A stretch of DNA of 7,397 bases from a virus. Position 1 is the first letter of the stretch; the number at the start of each line of letters is the position of its first letter. The notes under the pieces were generated by a model. That model was not told the DNA's origin. It saw only the letters and a program-made list of their open reading frames with translations, and did no database searches. Location of the stretch: the UHGV virus genome UHGV-0204592; one strand, given 5' to 3'. Both the position numbers and the translations under genes were made by a program. This document shows positions 6,093-7,397 of this stretch, piece by piece.

Positions 6093-6322
6093 TCTACCTT
6101 TGGTAAAATTCCTTTAGCCTCCATTACTTCTACCAGTGTGTCCATTCCGTCATTTATGTGATGAATTTCTTTTCTGATGGAACGTTCTGAGGTTTTCATG
6201 TCCAGTCTTAGTGTATCCATCTGGATTTTTAGTTCTGATATTTGTAAGTCTATATCCTCTAGTTTGTTTGTAATCGGTGCTAATAGTGTTTTCATTGTTT
6301 CTAACATCTCTTTATCTGTCAT
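6089..6322 (-). CDS. Small coiled-coil protein (77 aa), function unknown
   Basis: Strong SD on the minus strand (AAGGAGGA, 8 nt before the ATG). The sequence is MTDKEMLETMKTLLAPITNKLEDIDLQISELKIQMDTLRLDMKTSERSIRKEIHHINDGMDTLVEVMEAKGILPKVE, predicted all-helical with a heptad-like pattern. It is co-oriented with, and downstream of, the repressor gene. Confidence 0.6.
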   Translation of the reverse strand: MTDKEMLETMKTLLAPITNKLEDIDLQISELKIQMDTLRLDMKTSERSIRKEIHHINDGMDTLVEVMEAKGILPKVE

Positions 6323-6429
6323 TTTGTTGTCCTCCTTGATATTCTACTTACATCATATCATTAAAATCCATTCTCGTCCATCCTGGTGCGTTACAGGGGG
6401 TTATTTATCTTTTGTATTGATGTAATCAC

Positions 6430-6774
6430 TTAGCCGTATAATCTTTTCTCTTCCGTGTCATTATGTTGTGTTTCTCCTTCAAGTAAGTTCATATAGGCTT
6501 CTAACAGTGCTTTTTTATTGTTATCGTATTTTCTATATTTGGATATGATTTCTTTTTCTTTTGGTGTGTATTCCGGTTTTTTTAGTTCAAATAATTCATC
6601 CGATGATATACCAATATATTGTAATACTAATACAAATTTATCCATTGCTGGTTTTGTTCCGTTTTTCCAGCTTGATAATGTTGTTTGTCCTATTCCTGTT
6701 GCTTTGCTTACTTGATATGCGGATATTCCTTTTTCTTCCATTATTTTGAAAAGTTTTGATATATAATTTTCCAT
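6430..6774 (-). CDS. XRE-family (Cro/CI-type) HTH transcriptional repressor, 114 aa
   Basis: Canonical HTH_XRE signature ISAYQVSKATGIGQTTLSSWKNGTKP. The start was set at ATG 6772-6774 (SD GGAG 6 nt upstream on the minus strand). The track's extra 4 residues begin at a TTG. It is divergent from the main rightward promoter. Confidence 0.75.
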   Translation of the reverse strand: MENYISKLFKIMEEKGISAYQVSKATGIGQTTLSSWKNGTKPAMDKFVLVLQYIGISSDELFELKKPEYTPKEKEIISKYRKYDNNKKALLEAYMNLLEGETQHNDTEEKRLYG

Positions 6775-6802
6775 GTTTTGCTCCAAAATATTGAATTAAC
6801 TA

Positions 6803-6831
6803 TTGACTGCTACAAAATATTGTAGTATACT
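6803..6831 (+). promoter_or_regulatory. Sigma-70-type promoter: -35 TTGACT (6803-6808), 17-nt spacer, -10 TATACT (6826-6831)
   Basis: A 5/6 match in each hexamer with ideal spacing. It drives the 6939 ORF and probably the whole rightward unit around the circle. The -10 lies inside the palindrome AGTATACT. Confidence 0.6.
6810..6825. promoter_or_regulatory. Candidate operator: perfect inverted repeat CTACAA-AATA-TTGTAG inside the promoter spacer
   Basis: 6-bp arms with a 4-bp centre, lying between the -35 and -10 elements. This is the classic placement for a dimeric HTH repressor site. Confidence 0.5.
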
Positions 6832-6863
6832 ATTAGTGTAAGGATAAGTAATGATTAAGCGCT

Positions 6864-6871
6864 TAGTTAGT
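6864..6871 (+). repeat. TAGTTAGT motif, copy 2 (repressor/early-promoter intergenic)
   Basis: Exact 8-mer. Confidence 0.6.
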
Positions 6872-6890
6872 ATTTATTTTACCACATTTT

Positions 6891-6898
6891 TAGTTAGT
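6891..6898 (+). repeat. TAGTTAGT motif, copy 3
   Basis: Exact 8-mer, 27 nt after copy 2. Confidence 0.6.
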
Positions 6899-6912
6899 CT
6901 ACAAGGTTCATT

Positions 6913-6920
6913 TAGTTAGT
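6913..6920 (+). repeat. TAGTTAGT motif, copy 4 (26 nt before ATG 6939)
   Basis: Exact 8-mer, 22 nt after copy 3. Confidence 0.6.
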
Positions 6921-6938
6921 TAATTGGGAGGGTTTTAC

Positions 6939-7133
6939 ATGATGGATAAAAAGCGTGTTAGAGAGACGTTAAATAGTCTTGTTGATTCCTGGTGTACAGA
7001 AAAACCTATGTATAGAGTAGATTTATCATGGATTCGTGGACAGATATTTTTTGCTTATTTGATTGAGGCTATTACCCTATCTGAGAAAGAAGAAATGCTT
7101 CAGCGTGTGTCCGAAGCAAAGGAGGGTTGTTAA
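6939..7133 (+). CDS. Hypothetical early protein (64 aa)
   Basis: ATG 6939 with SD GGGAGGG (6926-6932) 6 nt upstream. The track start at 6924 is a TTG. It is the first gene after the repressor-controlled promoter. No recognisable motif. Confidence 0.5.
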   Translation: MMDKKRVRETLNSLVDSWCTEKPMYRVDLSWIRGQIFFAYLIEAITLSEKEEMLQRVSEAKEGC

Positions 7134-7313
7134 ATGCGTAGACTTTCCAAGGCTCTCTTAGAGCAGGAACAAAATGAAACCAGCGTGGCAATCTGTCGTG
7201 CCATGGCGTTGCATGACCAGTGCCGTGTTGATGTACTACAGTATCATTTTTCCCGTCTTGAAGCCATCTTGTCTTACATAAATGAGGATTCAGACGATAT
7301 TCCGCCTGTTTAG
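7134..7313 (+). CDS. Hypothetical early protein (59 aa)
   Basis: Hand-translated as MRRLSKALLEQEQNETSVAICRAMALHDQCRVDVLQYHFSRLEAILSYINEDSDDIPPV*. The ATG immediately follows the TAA of the upstream ORF, and SD AGGAGGG lies 7 nt upstream. It is below the track cutoff. Confidence 0.45.
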   Translation: MRRLSKALLEQEQNETSVAICRAMALHDQCRVDVLQYHFSRLEAILSYINEDSDDIPPV

Positions 7314-7316
7314 GTA

Positions 7317-7358
7317 GCCCCCAGGGTATCCCTCTGTGGCTCTGCCCTGGTCTATAAT
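7317..7358 (+). promoter_or_regulatory. GC-rich dyad element (CCAGGG...CCCTGG) followed by a perfect -10 TATAAT (7353-7358)
   Basis: CCAGGG at 7321-7326 pairs with CCCTGG at 7345-7350. A consensus TATAAT lies 3 nt downstream with no good -35. It lies upstream of the window-end RBS. It shares the motif GCCCC(C)AGG(G)TAT with position 280-290. Confidence 0.35.
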
Positions 7359-7367
7359 ATAACCAAT

Positions 7368-7375
7368 TAGTTAGT
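7368..7375 (+). repeat. TAGTTAGT motif, copy 5 (30 nt before the ATG at position 1 if circular)
   Basis: Exact 8-mer. A further TTAGTT occupies the last 6 nt of the window. Confidence 0.6.
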
Positions 7376-7397
7376 TTAAAGAAAGTGAGGATTAGTT

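Noticed and set aside
6177-6749. + strand ORFs (6177-6425, 6518-6715, 6561-6749) opposite the repressor and coiled-coil genes
   Set aside because: They are antisense to the minus-strand genes, which have the HTH_XRE signature and strong SDs. Their proteins are low-complexity and hydrophobic, with no translation signals.
1-7397. CRISPR arrays, rRNA or tRNA genes, transposase or integrase genes
   Set aside because: No spaced direct-repeat array, no RNA-gene signatures and no recombinase-sized ORFs were found on either strand.

Overview
The window reads as a complete, circularly permuted genome (about 7.4 kb) of a filamentous (inovirus-like) ssDNA phage or episome from a low-GC Gram-positive host. 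The genome is about 40% GC, and almost every gene has a strong AGGAGG Shine-Dalgarno site. One long rightward transcription unit encodes: a gene-V-like ssDNA-binding protein; a 423-aa pIII-like secreted, C-terminally anchored adsorption protein; a run of six small hydrophobic virion/membrane proteins (48-96 aa, several overlapping or translationally coupled), including a signal-peptide-bearing major-coat precursor; a Zot/pI-like Walker A/B assembly ATPase; a Rep_trans-type rolling-circle initiator; and a small ribbon-helix-helix-like ORF. The unit ends at a strong bidirectional terminator. The only minus-strand genes are an XRE-family HTH repressor and a 77-aa coiled-coil protein. The repressor is divergent from a near-consensus sigma-70 promoter that carries a perfect palindrome in its spacer. 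No secretin, integrase or RNA genes are present. Unexplained structure includes GC-rich hairpin islands flanking gene V, a TAGTTAGT 8-mer found five times and only in intergenic DNA, tandem hairpins before rep, and an RBS at the very end of the window correctly spaced for the ATG at position 1.
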